NCBI GenBank assembly: GCA_044233485.1
Contig: JBIIJY010000002.1
Coordinates: 74,047 to 125,874, forward strand
Reading direction: 5' to 3'
DNA length: 51,828 nt
DNA from: Minisyncoccia bacterium
GTDB lineage: Bacteria > Patescibacteriota > Minisyncoccia > Phycocordibacterales > UBA6065
Each line of letters begins with the position of its first letter. Within the stretch, counting starts at the first letter, position 1. The notes under the pieces were generated by a model. It saw only the letters and a program-made list of their open reading frames with translations, searched no databases and had not been told where the DNA came from. Position numbers and translations under genes: made by a program. Shown here in pieces: positions 26,870 to 34,467 of this stretch.

Positions 26870-26956
26870 GGAGGCGTGGATGAGTGGTTTAAATCAACGG
26901 TTTACTAAACCGTCGTTCCTTTACCGGAACCGTGAGTTCGAATCTCACCGCCTCCG
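26870..26956 (+). tRNA. Class II tRNA, Ser-type (G73, long variable arm). My fold puts ACU at positions 34-36
   Basis: GGAGGCG TG GAT..ATC A ACGGT TTACTAA ACCGT CGTTCCTTTACCGGAACC GTGAG TTCGAAT CTCAC CGCCTCC G. The 5-bp anticodon stem is perfect. The anticodon call needs tRNAscan-SE. Confidence 0.7.
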
Positions 26957-27131
26957 CATAATAATGAGCTTGCGAATATATTTTGCGTGAGGTGAGAAAG
27001 TGCTGGGAGCACTTTCGTGTGAGATTCGAAAGACGGAATAAAAATTTTGAGCTCAAAATTTTATGAGTCGGGGTCGCGAGCTCCGAGTTGCAACGAGGAG
27101 ACTTGTGACCGAATCTCCTACCGCCTCCGCA
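26957..27131 (+). other. tRNA-Ser-linked structured element, class B
   Basis: Hairpin 26996-27016. GTGAGATTCGAA at 27019-27030 is the exact reverse complement of 26937-26948. 22-nt palindrome at 27041-27062. CGAATCTC at 27110-27117 plus ACCGCCTCCGCA at 27120-27131 (identical to 26947-26958). Confidence 0.75.
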
Positions 27132-27181
27132 CTTGATACTTTTTATCGGATGACCCTGAGGCCTCGATAAAGAGATATCGT

Positions 27182-27218
27182 CAAAACCCCGCAAAGGATC
27201 ATCCTCGGCGGGGTTTTG
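27182..27218. terminator. Bidirectional rho-independent terminator between the tRNA-Ser locus (+) and the orphan operon (-)
   Basis: CAAAACCCCGC-(15 nt)-GCGGGGTTTTG. Confidence 0.7.
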
Positions 27219-27220
27219 CT

Positions 27221-27961
27221 TTACATGTGGTTCAAAAGACTTTTCTCTTTAATTTCTTTTATACCCTTTGGTAACAGATGGTAAAAACCGTCTTTAAGAG
27301 CGATCAGTTTTTTGGAGACCATGGAAGAGACAGTCTTACTAAATCGAGTCTTGTTGTCATCCTTTGTTTTGGAGAAAAGAAAGTCGAAGTCACGCTTTTC
27401 AGCTGATGAAAGCACCAGTATCTCTTGTCTCACGGTGAGGTCATCTCTTGCGATGAATTCCTCACCTTCAATATCAAAGATAACTGGATAGTTAGGGATA
27501 GCAATCCTGTCTATTATCTTTTGAGCCTCATCCATTGTGTAATTGCCGTAGACACGGATGAACTCGGCGAATATCCAATTTGCGCAAGAGAGAACAAAAC
27601 TTGCATCAATTTTATTTGCATTGAAGTTGCCGAGATGCGCGACGTCACGATTGTTTCTGAAATCAAGGAGTAGTTTTGTTAGTGATGTTACTTTCTGACG
27701 GATGTGCTCGTCGATATTGGCATCGTTTGTGACTTTATTGATAATCGTCGTTTTATCTGCCGCTTTGATGTCTTCACCGAAGGGTGTAATTGGCGTGCTC
27801 AGTAAATGTTGAAAGATACGTAGTACAGCTTCTGCAAATCTGCCACCATTCAATTGAGCCGGTCCACAATCATTCAATTGGAACCGACGCTTTATCTCGG
27901 TGTATTCCTCAAGAAGCTTATCCTCAAGGTTATCAGGAATGGTCGTAAGAATTCTTGTCAT
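27221..27961 (-). CDS. Hypothetical protein with a HEPN-like Rx6H motif (Abi_C/AbiJ-HEPN-like) and a C-terminal winged-helix-like region
   Basis: All-helical N-terminal part with LLLDFRNNRDVAHLGN (R102-H109). C-terminus FSKTVSSMVSKKLIALKDGFYHLLPKG. Last gene of a tightly overlapping four-gene operon. Confidence 0.4.
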   Translation of the reverse strand: MTRILTTIPDNLEDKLLEEYTEIKRRFQLNDCGPAQLNGGRFAEAVLRIFQHLLSTPITPFGEDIKAADKTTIINKVTNDANIDEHIRQKVTSLTKLLLDFRNNRDVAHLGNFNANKIDASFVLSCANWIFAEFIRVYGNYTMDEAQKIIDRIAIPNYPVIFDIEGEEFIARDDLTVRQEILVLSSAEKRDFDFLFSKTKDDNKTRFSKTVSSMVSKKLIALKDGFYHLLPKGIKEIKEKSLLNHM

Positions 27962-28355
27962 GTTTTTTAAAGATGTCCTTCCAATGCTTGCCTAGGATAT
28001 AAGATGCCCGAGTCTCTTTGGATGAATCAACCCAGCCATTTTCCTTCGCACGAGTTGAAAAGGTAGAAGCATAAGGAACACCAATCATCCCAGAGCAGCT
28101 TTTCCAAACAGATTTAATTCGTAGGAGGTCTACCGGCACATCTTCTTTTCCTTTAGCCAGATACGCTGATATAAGGGTGAAGAATTCTTGCCCATTAAAT
28201 CCAGACGAGTATTTTTTGATAAACGCTCTTTCGTTGAGAGAAAAATCTAAACCTGATGCACCAGCAGTGACTGTCGAGGCAACGACACTTTTGGCGAATA
28301 CAGCCTTCTCAAGTTTCTCCAATCTTTCTTTGATTTCAGTAATTTCTTTTTCCAT
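27933..28355 (-). CDS. Hypothetical protein (N-terminal coiled coil)
   Basis: 140-aa ORF, MEKEITEIKERLEKLEKAVF... It overlaps the downstream gene by 29 nt. No family recognised. Confidence 0.5.
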   Translation of the reverse strand: MEKEITEIKERLEKLEKAVFAKSVVASTVTAGASGLDFSLNERAFIKKYSSGFNGQEFFTLISAYLAKGKEDVPVDLLRIKSVWKSCSGMIGVPYASTFSTRAKENGWVDSSKETRASYILGKHWKDIFKKHDKNSYDHS

Positions 28356-28360
28356 AGTAT

Positions 28361-28702
28361 TTATTTTCTCTTAGAATAGACCCATTTCTTAGGAGTTCCA
28401 TCACGTTCCAATATTTGTTTCGGTGGCTTTACTAGATTCAAGAGATTCATCGATACAGATGTGTTCTTGAAAGATGTTTGACCTCGCTTTTTTAATTTAT
28501 CCATAATCTGAGGCATACCCTTAGGCTCATCAAAGAAACCCTCTCCCACAAGTTCCTGAATAGCCCCAATACAGTTGGTTGCCTTTTTTGTACTACTCTT
28601 AGTAACATACTTTTGAATCGGAGCTGTCCCAGCGGGAGCTCCCTCAAGTTCATTCAGCAATGCTCTTATTTGAGCGACAATTTCATTAGTCGTTTTTTTC
28701 AT
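28361..28702 (-). CDS. Hypothetical protein
   Basis: I chose the ATG at 28702 (MKKTTNEIVAQIRALLNELEG...). The longer track start at 28771 would overlap the upstream gene by 86 nt. No family recognised. Confidence 0.45.
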   Translation of the reverse strand: MKKTTNEIVAQIRALLNELEGAPAGTAPIQKYVTKSSTKKATNCIGAIQELVGEGFFDEPKGMPQIMDKLKKRGQTSFKNTSVSMNLLNLVKPPKQILERDGTPKKWVYSKRK

Positions 28703-29102
28703 GGTTGTTGAGAATATTCTTAGTCTTGATTTTCGAGACTTGATAGCTGGTAATGTAGTAACCTGTGTCATCAGAAGTCACCAGGCTACCTCCCTTGGTT
28801 TCTTTTAGAAGCTTAAGTGTCGGGAGTACGCTTCCTTTTGATATACCGGTTTCTTCAATAATATCTTTCGGCTTAACTCGATCCGTTTCGATTTCACCTA
28901 AAAGAAACAGAGCTTTTTTCCCCAAGAGGAAAAGGACGATTCTATTCTTGAGTGATTGCTTTAGAGTGGAATCAAGAAAGATTATGTTCTTACTCGTCTT
29001 GTTAATTTTAATAAATGGAGACAGGAGATCAAAAAGCTCGGTGGCGTTTATATCATTGTCGTCCGTAAACAGTTGCTTCAAAACTTCGTGTTTATCAGTC
29101 AT
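28686..29102 (-). CDS. Hypothetical protein with a winged-helix-like segment
   Basis: IIEETGISKGSVLPTLKLLKETKGGSLVTSDDTGYYIT resembles a MarR/ArsR-type wHTH. First gene of the operon. Confidence 0.45.
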   Translation of the reverse strand: MTDKHEVLKQLFTDDNDINATELFDLLSPFIKINKTSKNIIFLDSTLKQSLKNRIVLFLLGKKALFLLGEIETDRVKPKDIIEETGISKGSVLPTLKLLKETKGGSLVTSDDTGYYITSYQVSKIKTKNILNNHEKND

Positions 29103-29576
29103 GTGTATATGGGTTAATTAATAATTTCAATCGCTCGCTACAGCGGGAGGTTGATTTGAAAAGATTATAGCATAGGTCAAAGATTATTTGCAAGTACTTG
29201 AAGTAAATACTATTTTTATAATGGTGATATTTGCTCGAATTTATAGGGTTTTGGTGTCATATTGAGCATTGCTGTTCCTTTACTAAACATAATCATTTTT
29301 ATATCTATCCTATTATGTCCTTTAAAATAAGGAGATTATCAATATAATAAAGATTGTAAAACTGTCTATTTATAAAGAAACATATATTGATTATCAATAT
29401 CTTTAATCAAAATAGCCATAATACCTATGTTTATAAGGGCTTTTAGAGGGTATCTAAATTTTCTTATAATCAATAGTGTTCTTTCATATCTGAAACCTAC
29501 TTATTTAAAGTACTAAAAAACACCCTATTTTGGCTATAAAATGATCCCAAACATGTAAAAAGCTCTGTTTCTAAGA

Positions 29577-29837
29577 TTATATCACTCTTGTTTCTATCGT
29601 TACTACCTTTGCAGTCACCTTTATCTTCGATTTGAAGCACCCCATTAGCTCACGTTTCTCCTCGTTTGAACCGTCCATGAGGATGTACTTGGCGTAAGTC
29701 TTCAGGTCGATTTCCTTATGTGTTCCTCCTGACTTGCTCATGCCAAGCACTCCTCGGTTGAATTTGTTGTATCGCTTAAGCTCTTCGTTGAACTTGATCT
29801 GTATGCCAGTCTGGTAATAAAACAACATCTTTTGCAT
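29577..29837 (-). CDS. Small hypothetical protein. The start is uncertain; it may be the shifted C-terminus of the upstream orphan
   Basis: 86-aa ORF overlapping the upstream ORF by 62 nt. Alternative ATG at 29741 (MSKSGGTHKEIDL...). Confidence 0.35.
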   Translation of the reverse strand: MQKMLFYYQTGIQIKFNEELKRYNKFNRGVLGMSKSGGTHKEIDLKTYAKYILMDGSNEEKRELMGCFKSKIKVTAKVVTIETRVI

Positions 29838-30954
29838 AAACAGTAATTAATCCAATTTGGTTTATACCAAAGTGGATTAATCCCCATCGAGTAAAACCAA
29901 TCCCTCCGGTATCTTTTGTGTACCAAGACAAACTTGTTTCTTTGTTAGCTAAAATGGAATTAACTACTTCAGGTTTGAACCACAAGTATTTTCCACTATC
30001 AATCAGGTTTTTAGCTTTTTCTTTGCTCCCAGCGGCATCAACAATGTACGAATACTCTTCGTGCGCTTCATCATTTAAAATAATAGAACTCTTTAGTGCA
30101 GGAAAAACAAAATCATTTTTCCACACTTCTCCTTCAATCCTGTAAAGTTTTTTTCCTTTAAAACCTCGAATCCAATTTTTACTTTCAACATTTGTTTCGT
30201 TAGTTGAAAATGGATACTCTGGGACATCCTCATTAAAGTCAATATTTGTTCTACCTACATGAAATATAGCCATTTTCTCACCAAATCTATGACTACTGCC
30301 CTCATGTATTGGCCACATCCTACCACTCCACTTTATTCCATCTTTATTATCAATAATCTTTTCTAATTCCCAGTCAACTTTTATTTCGTTCTCCAAGACT
30401 TCAGTCCTAGACTTGTAGGAAGAAATAAATAAAATTCTATCTCTCACACATAGATAGTCTTTTAAGTAGTTCAATCTAATTAAAATCTCATCAACGCATC
30501 CATTCTGATTTTTATGTAACTTTATTACTTCCTCATGTCCTCTATTGTATGCAAACCAATTATCGTTCTCTTGAACCAATTCAAGCGTTGAAAGTAAGTC
30601 TGGGCTAATATACCAATTGTTACAATACTCACCGCCAATTTCATGGGCAATTATTAAATTTTCACCCTCTATTCCATCACATTCAAAATAATGTGCTGGT
30701 TTATACTCATCCTCGTAAGGATTTCCTTTATGTCCTCTGATCAATCCGACATCTATCCACTCTAATTTTTTTGCTTTTTCAGCATCCTCCTTTTTAATCA
30801 AAATGCTTGTGGAACCAAAATATTCTTCTTTAAAGCCTAAACAGCCATATTCACCTTCGCTTATGTATTTTCTTGAAGATCTCAAGGGTACCCAGACTTG
30901 CTTATCCGCTTTTTGATCAATGTAGTCTTTCAGTTCAAACCACTCTTTTTGCAT
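29776..30954 (-). CDS. Orphan 392-aa protein, no recognisable motif, low GC
   Basis: Long ORF in AT-rich DNA. The N-terminal 46 codons of the track ORF overlap the VOC gene, so I chose the ATG at 30954 (MQKEWFELKDY...). The ATG at 30981 is an alternative. Confidence 0.55.
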   Translation of the reverse strand: MQKEWFELKDYIDQKADKQVWVPLRSSRKYISEGEYGCLGFKEEYFGSTSILIKKEDAEKAKKLEWIDVGLIRGHKGNPYEDEYKPAHYFECDGIEGENLIIAHEIGGEYCNNWYISPDLLSTLELVQENDNWFAYNRGHEEVIKLHKNQNGCVDEILIRLNYLKDYLCVRDRILFISSYKSRTEVLENEIKVDWELEKIIDNKDGIKWSGRMWPIHEGSSHRFGEKMAIFHVGRTNIDFNEDVPEYPFSTNETNVESKNWIRGFKGKKLYRIEGEVWKNDFVFPALKSSIILNDEAHEEYSYIVDAAGSKEKAKNLIDSGKYLWFKPEVVNSILANKETSLSWYTKDTGGIGFTRWGLIHFGINQIGLITVYAKDVVLLPDWHTDQVQRRA

Positions 30955-30959
30955 AGTAA

Positions 30960-31352
30960 TTAGGTTGTTATCCTCGTACATATCTCCAACAAGAATCCAT
31001 TTATGTCGCGGAGGTAGCCGACGGTTTGACCCCAAGGCTTTTGAGTTGGCTCTTTTACTATTTCCGCTCCCGCTTCGACCGCTTGTTTCCATGCACTTTC
31101 AATATCATCTGCCACAAAGGTAATTTCAAAAGGTGAAGGTAATTCTTGTGAGTATCGCCTTTCAATAGCGATGCCGTTGTATTCAGCAACACTGTATGAG
31201 GCAAAGGCAAGAGTGGTACCACCGGTTTCAAGCTCGCCGTAGTCTTTTTCTGGAGTGATGAATTTTTGTGCAATGCCAAAAGCCTTCACATAAAACGCGA
31301 GTGTCGCTTCGACATTTTCTACATATAAAATTGTGTATCCGTATTTGATCAT
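30960..31352 (-). CDS. VOC (glyoxalase/bleomycin-resistance/dioxygenase) family protein
   Basis: MIKYGYTILYVENVEATLAFYVKAFG...KPWGQTVGYLRDINGFLLEI. Confidence 0.75.
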   Translation of the reverse strand: MIKYGYTILYVENVEATLAFYVKAFGIAQKFITPEKDYGELETGGTTLAFASYSVAEYNGIAIERRYSQELPSPFEITFVADDIESAWKQAVEAGAEIVKEPTQKPWGQTVGYLRDINGFLLEICTRITT

Positions 31353-31356
31353 ATAT

Positions 31357-31791
31357 TTACACCGTAAAATTAAAATGATTCACCGACACCTCTTCACCTC
31401 CAAGTGCGCGATAAAATGCGACCGCACCACCATCCTCAGATTCGGCTTCTACAAAAATTGTTTCTATGCCTCTCTTTTTAGCTTCTAGCTTGAGGTGTTC
31501 TATGAGAGCTTTGCCGAGTCCTTGCTTTTGGTATTCTGGGTGGACGGCTATGTCATAGATAAAAAATTCTTTCGTGCCATGAATGGGCATCATCTCCATA
31601 GCAACAAGCCCGCCAACGATTTTGGTATCTATAAATGCGCCGAGTATAAGAGTCTTGTCATCTTCTAACATCTTCGATAGATATTCATCCGTGACGCTGT
31701 ACTCTTGCTCAAAGGTGAGAGCAAAGACTGATACAAGTGCCTTTACATCACTGAGACTATGTATTTTTTGTATATCTGCTCGCTCTTTCAT
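31357..31791 (-). CDS. GNAT N-acetyltransferase (AAC(3)-I-like layout)
   Basis: FFIYDIAVHPEYQKQGLGKALIEHLKLEAKKRGIETIFVEAESEDGGAVAFYRALG. Confidence 0.65.
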   Translation of the reverse strand: MKERADIQKIHSLSDVKALVSVFALTFEQEYSVTDEYLSKMLEDDKTLILGAFIDTKIVGGLVAMEMMPIHGTKEFFIYDIAVHPEYQKQGLGKALIEHLKLEAKKRGIETIFVEAESEDGGAVAFYRALGGEEVSVNHFNFTV

Positions 31792-31793
31792 AA

Positions 31794-32003
31794 TTACTTC
31801 AAAAGTTGATCTACGCTCACTCCAAGCACTTTGGCGACCTTTTCTATTGTGCTAAGTGTAAGATTTTGTTTGCCGTTCTCAACATTACTGATATACGCTC
31901 GATCTAACCCTAACTCTCGGCAAATGTCGCCTTGCGACATACCTTTCTCAGTGCGTATCTTTTTCATGTTCTCGCCAAATTTTTGTGCTGTTGATTTTGC
32001 CAT
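31794..32003 (-). CDS. XRE-family helix-turn-helix transcriptional regulator
   Basis: KIRTEKGMSQGDICRELGLDRAYISNVENGKQNLTLSTIEKVAKVLGV. I chose the ATG at 32003 to avoid overlap with the upstream gene. Confidence 0.8.
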   Translation of the reverse strand: MAKSTAQKFGENMKKIRTEKGMSQGDICRELGLDRAYISNVENGKQNLTLSTIEKVAKVLGVSVDQLLK

Positions 32004-32007
32004 AGAT

Positions 32008-32775
32008 TTATCGCTGTGCATGTTTAAGAATCCATCTCGTATGGTCGTTCTTTGACTTTGACCAGCGAGTGATGATTTTCTCGGCCTCCTTAGGGTTTAC
32101 CTTGATCCAGTCACGCAAGTGATTTGCGACTGATCTTTTAACAAACTTTATCTCATCTTCTTTAAGAAGCTCAAGAATTTCAAATACTGGCCTCGGGTTA
32201 CTGATCCATACGTCGAGTTTTTGCGCCCATGGGAGCTTTGGGCGGAGTCCCTCTGATGCAAGCCGGCGGAGGTGAAAGTTTTTACTCGTTGCCCATTTGG
32301 CACACACAGCGATTATCTTTTCAGGATATTTACGAGCGAAAGGACGAATAGCGTATTCACCGGTGTTTCTCTTAGTAATTTCTTCGATTGCTTTTATCGA
32401 TAATGCAAAATGTTCTAGCCCATACCTCTCGACAAATTTTCCTACGGGCATAAGCCAATAAAAATTAGTAAACATCCCGGTTTCTTCTAGGTTCTCTGGG
32501 CCGAGTATTTGTAAAAGAATCTCTAACGCTTCGGGATATTTTTCTGGTAAATACTTGTGTAGCGCATCAGCTACTATTTCCACTCTCTGTGTATACACCT
32601 TCCCCACTACTTCTTTTTTCACACTTACACAAAAATCTTTTTTTGGAAAACTTTTATATACAGGGACGATCTTATCTGAAAGCAGAATCGCCAAATCTTC
32701 ACCGAATGCTTCTGTGATCGAAATCTTGCCAGTTGTAGGGTTTACGAAATTATTTTTTGAGGTGGATTTTGCCAT
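32008..32775 (-). CDS. DNA alkylation repair protein (AlkC/AlkD-type HEAT-like repeat)
   Basis: NTGEYAIRPFARKYPEKI...NFHLRRLASEGLRPKLPWAQKL...KFVKRSVANHLRD. Confidence 0.7.
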   Translation of the reverse strand: MAKSTSKNNFVNPTTGKISITEAFGEDLAILLSDKIVPVYKSFPKKDFCVSVKKEVVGKVYTQRVEIVADALHKYLPEKYPEALEILLQILGPENLEETGMFTNFYWLMPVGKFVERYGLEHFALSIKAIEEITKRNTGEYAIRPFARKYPEKIIAVCAKWATSKNFHLRRLASEGLRPKLPWAQKLDVWISNPRPVFEILELLKEDEIKFVKRSVANHLRDWIKVNPKEAEKIITRWSKSKNDHTRWILKHAQR

Positions 32776-32794
32776 AACGCAGGTGAACTCATCG

Positions 32795-33610
32795 TTACTT
32801 GAGAACCTTACTTATTATCCACTGGAAAAGCCAAAGAGGGTGTGTTTTCCGCATCAAGATGAGTAATTTTGCAGTGGTATCTACTTTATACCTTAGTCTC
32901 GTACTATTGTCATTTACTGCTTCATATATCACTTCTGCTACAACCATTGGATCCTTGCCACCATTCCCTCTAGCTATCATGTTTTCAATATATGGGTGCC
33001 AGTAGCTATCGTACACCGTTACTGTACTACTCTCAGCACGCACAAGTGAAGTCGAAAAGAAGTTGGTACGTATCGTACCCGGCTCGATGACCTTGACCTG
33101 AATATTAAAATTCTTGAGTTCATAATATAGATCTTCAGAAAGACCTTCTATTGCGTGTTTACTCGCCGCATAAATACTCATAAATGGAAGAGTGATCCTC
33201 CCGAGCATTGAAGCAATATTTATAATTTTCCCTCCTTTATTTTCTCGGAAGTGAGGCAGTGCAATACGAATAGTATTTATGGTTCCAAGCACATTTGCAT
33301 CAAACTGCGCACGCACCTGATCTTCGGTCGAATTTTCTAGCGGACCGAGAAGACCGTAACCGGCGTTGTTTACTATCGCATCTATTTTCCCAAACTTTTT
33401 AATTCCAGCATTGAAGGCTGTAGAAATACTTTCCGAGTTTGTCACATCTACTTCTGCAAGGAGTAATGAGTCTGAGGTCTTGAACTCTGTTTCTTTTTCA
33501 GTATTCTTCATCGTCGCAACAACATTCCACTTATTTTTTAGGAAGTATTTTACCGTTGCTCTACCAATACCAGAAGAAGTTCCTGTTACAAATACTGTTC
33601 TCTTTTCCAT
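32795..33610 (-). CDS. Short-chain dehydrogenase/reductase (SDR)
   Basis: TVFVTGTSSGIGRAT, NNAG, YAASKHAIEG. I chose the ATG at 33610 with TATAAT at 33617-33622 lying 6 nt upstream; the track start is TTG at 33628. Confidence 0.85.
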   Translation of the reverse strand: MEKRTVFVTGTSSGIGRATVKYFLKNKWNVVATMKNTEKETEFKTSDSLLLAEVDVTNSESISTAFNAGIKKFGKIDAIVNNAGYGLLGPLENSTEDQVRAQFDANVLGTINTIRIALPHFRENKGGKIINIASMLGRITLPFMSIYAASKHAIEGLSEDLYYELKNFNIQVKVIEPGTIRTNFFSTSLVRAESSTVTVYDSYWHPYIENMIARGNGGKDPMVVAEVIYEAVNDNSTRLRYKVDTTAKLLILMRKTHPLWLFQWIISKVLK

Positions 33611-33628
33611 GTATCTATTATAAACCAA

Positions 33629-34390
33629 TTATCGTCTCGCTCTAATCTTCCCGATAGAGAATACAAACAAGATCAAACACACGATAACCGTCGCGATTAT
33701 ACTCGGATACTGCCCATCGAAACCACTAGGTGATACGTGTTTGAAAAGTATCCATGAATAAGCCCAGATGAGCACCGTGCCGTAGGCAATATTGCTGTCT
33801 TTGCGCATCCGTAATATGCCGATCAATGCTCCCACGAGCAAGATAATACTCGTCCAGATAAAGTCAGCTATACCAAAACCGTTCCAGCCGATACCAACAA
33901 GAAACACTGTGATATTTGCGATCGATGCGACCGTAATCCAACCAAAGTAAATACTAAAAGGAGCCCAGACCAACAGTTTAGTAAGCGACGTAAACTGCTC
34001 AGCACGAAGAATGTCGGCAATCTTTATCAGGAGAGTGAGCAGTGTCGCCATGATGAGCACTGAAAGACCAATATAGTCATAGTGCCAAGCAAATATCCAT
34101 GAGATATTTGCAAGCGAAGTGGCGATAAACAGCGGATTGATTTTCTGGAGGAGGTGTTCCGTCTTTTGATCCTTCTTCACGAATTGGTAGAGCACATACC
34201 CACCAAGCAAAAGATAGATCAGACCCCAAATAGAAAAGGCTGGGCCGGCCGGAGCGAAAAGATTGGGATAGGCGCTTGATATATCACCCGTAGAGCGATT
34301 ATTAATCGGCAAACCATTTGCCAAAAAATTTACTGCTACCATGGCGACATAGGTAATCGCGGTTACTATTTTTGTATAAATATTTTTCAT
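33629..34390 (-). CDS. TspO/MBR-related tryptophan-rich membrane protein
   Basis: Seven-TM-like ORF with LANGLPINNRSTGDISSAYPNLFAPAGPAFSIWGLIYLLLG. Confidence 0.5.
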   Translation of the reverse strand: MKNIYTKIVTAITYVAMVAVNFLANGLPINNRSTGDISSAYPNLFAPAGPAFSIWGLIYLLLGGYVLYQFVKKDQKTEHLLQKINPLFIATSLANISWIFAWHYDYIGLSVLIMATLLTLLIKIADILRAEQFTSLTKLLVWAPFSIYFGWITVASIANITVFLVGIGWNGFGIADFIWTSIILLVGALIGILRMRKDSNIAYGTVLIWAYSWILFKHVSPSGFDGQYPSIIATVIVCLILFVFSIGKIRARR

Positions 34391-34467
34391 AAATTTATTT
34401 CAAGGGTTGATCCACTTTCATTCGAAGGGCTTTGGCGACTTTTTTCGAGACCGAGTCTACTAACACA

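Noticed and set aside
26657-27194. ORFs 26657..26845 (-) and 26889..27194 (-)
   Set aside because: They are antisense to the two tRNA-Ser genes and their downstream elements, so they are artefacts of ORF calling.
30955-31092. The N-terminal 46 codons of the 438-aa track ORF (METSGRSGSGNSKRANS...)
   Set aside because: This stretch overlaps the 3' end of the VOC gene in another frame and is Ser/Arg/Gly-rich junk-like sequence. I chose an internal ATG at 30954 (or 30981) instead.
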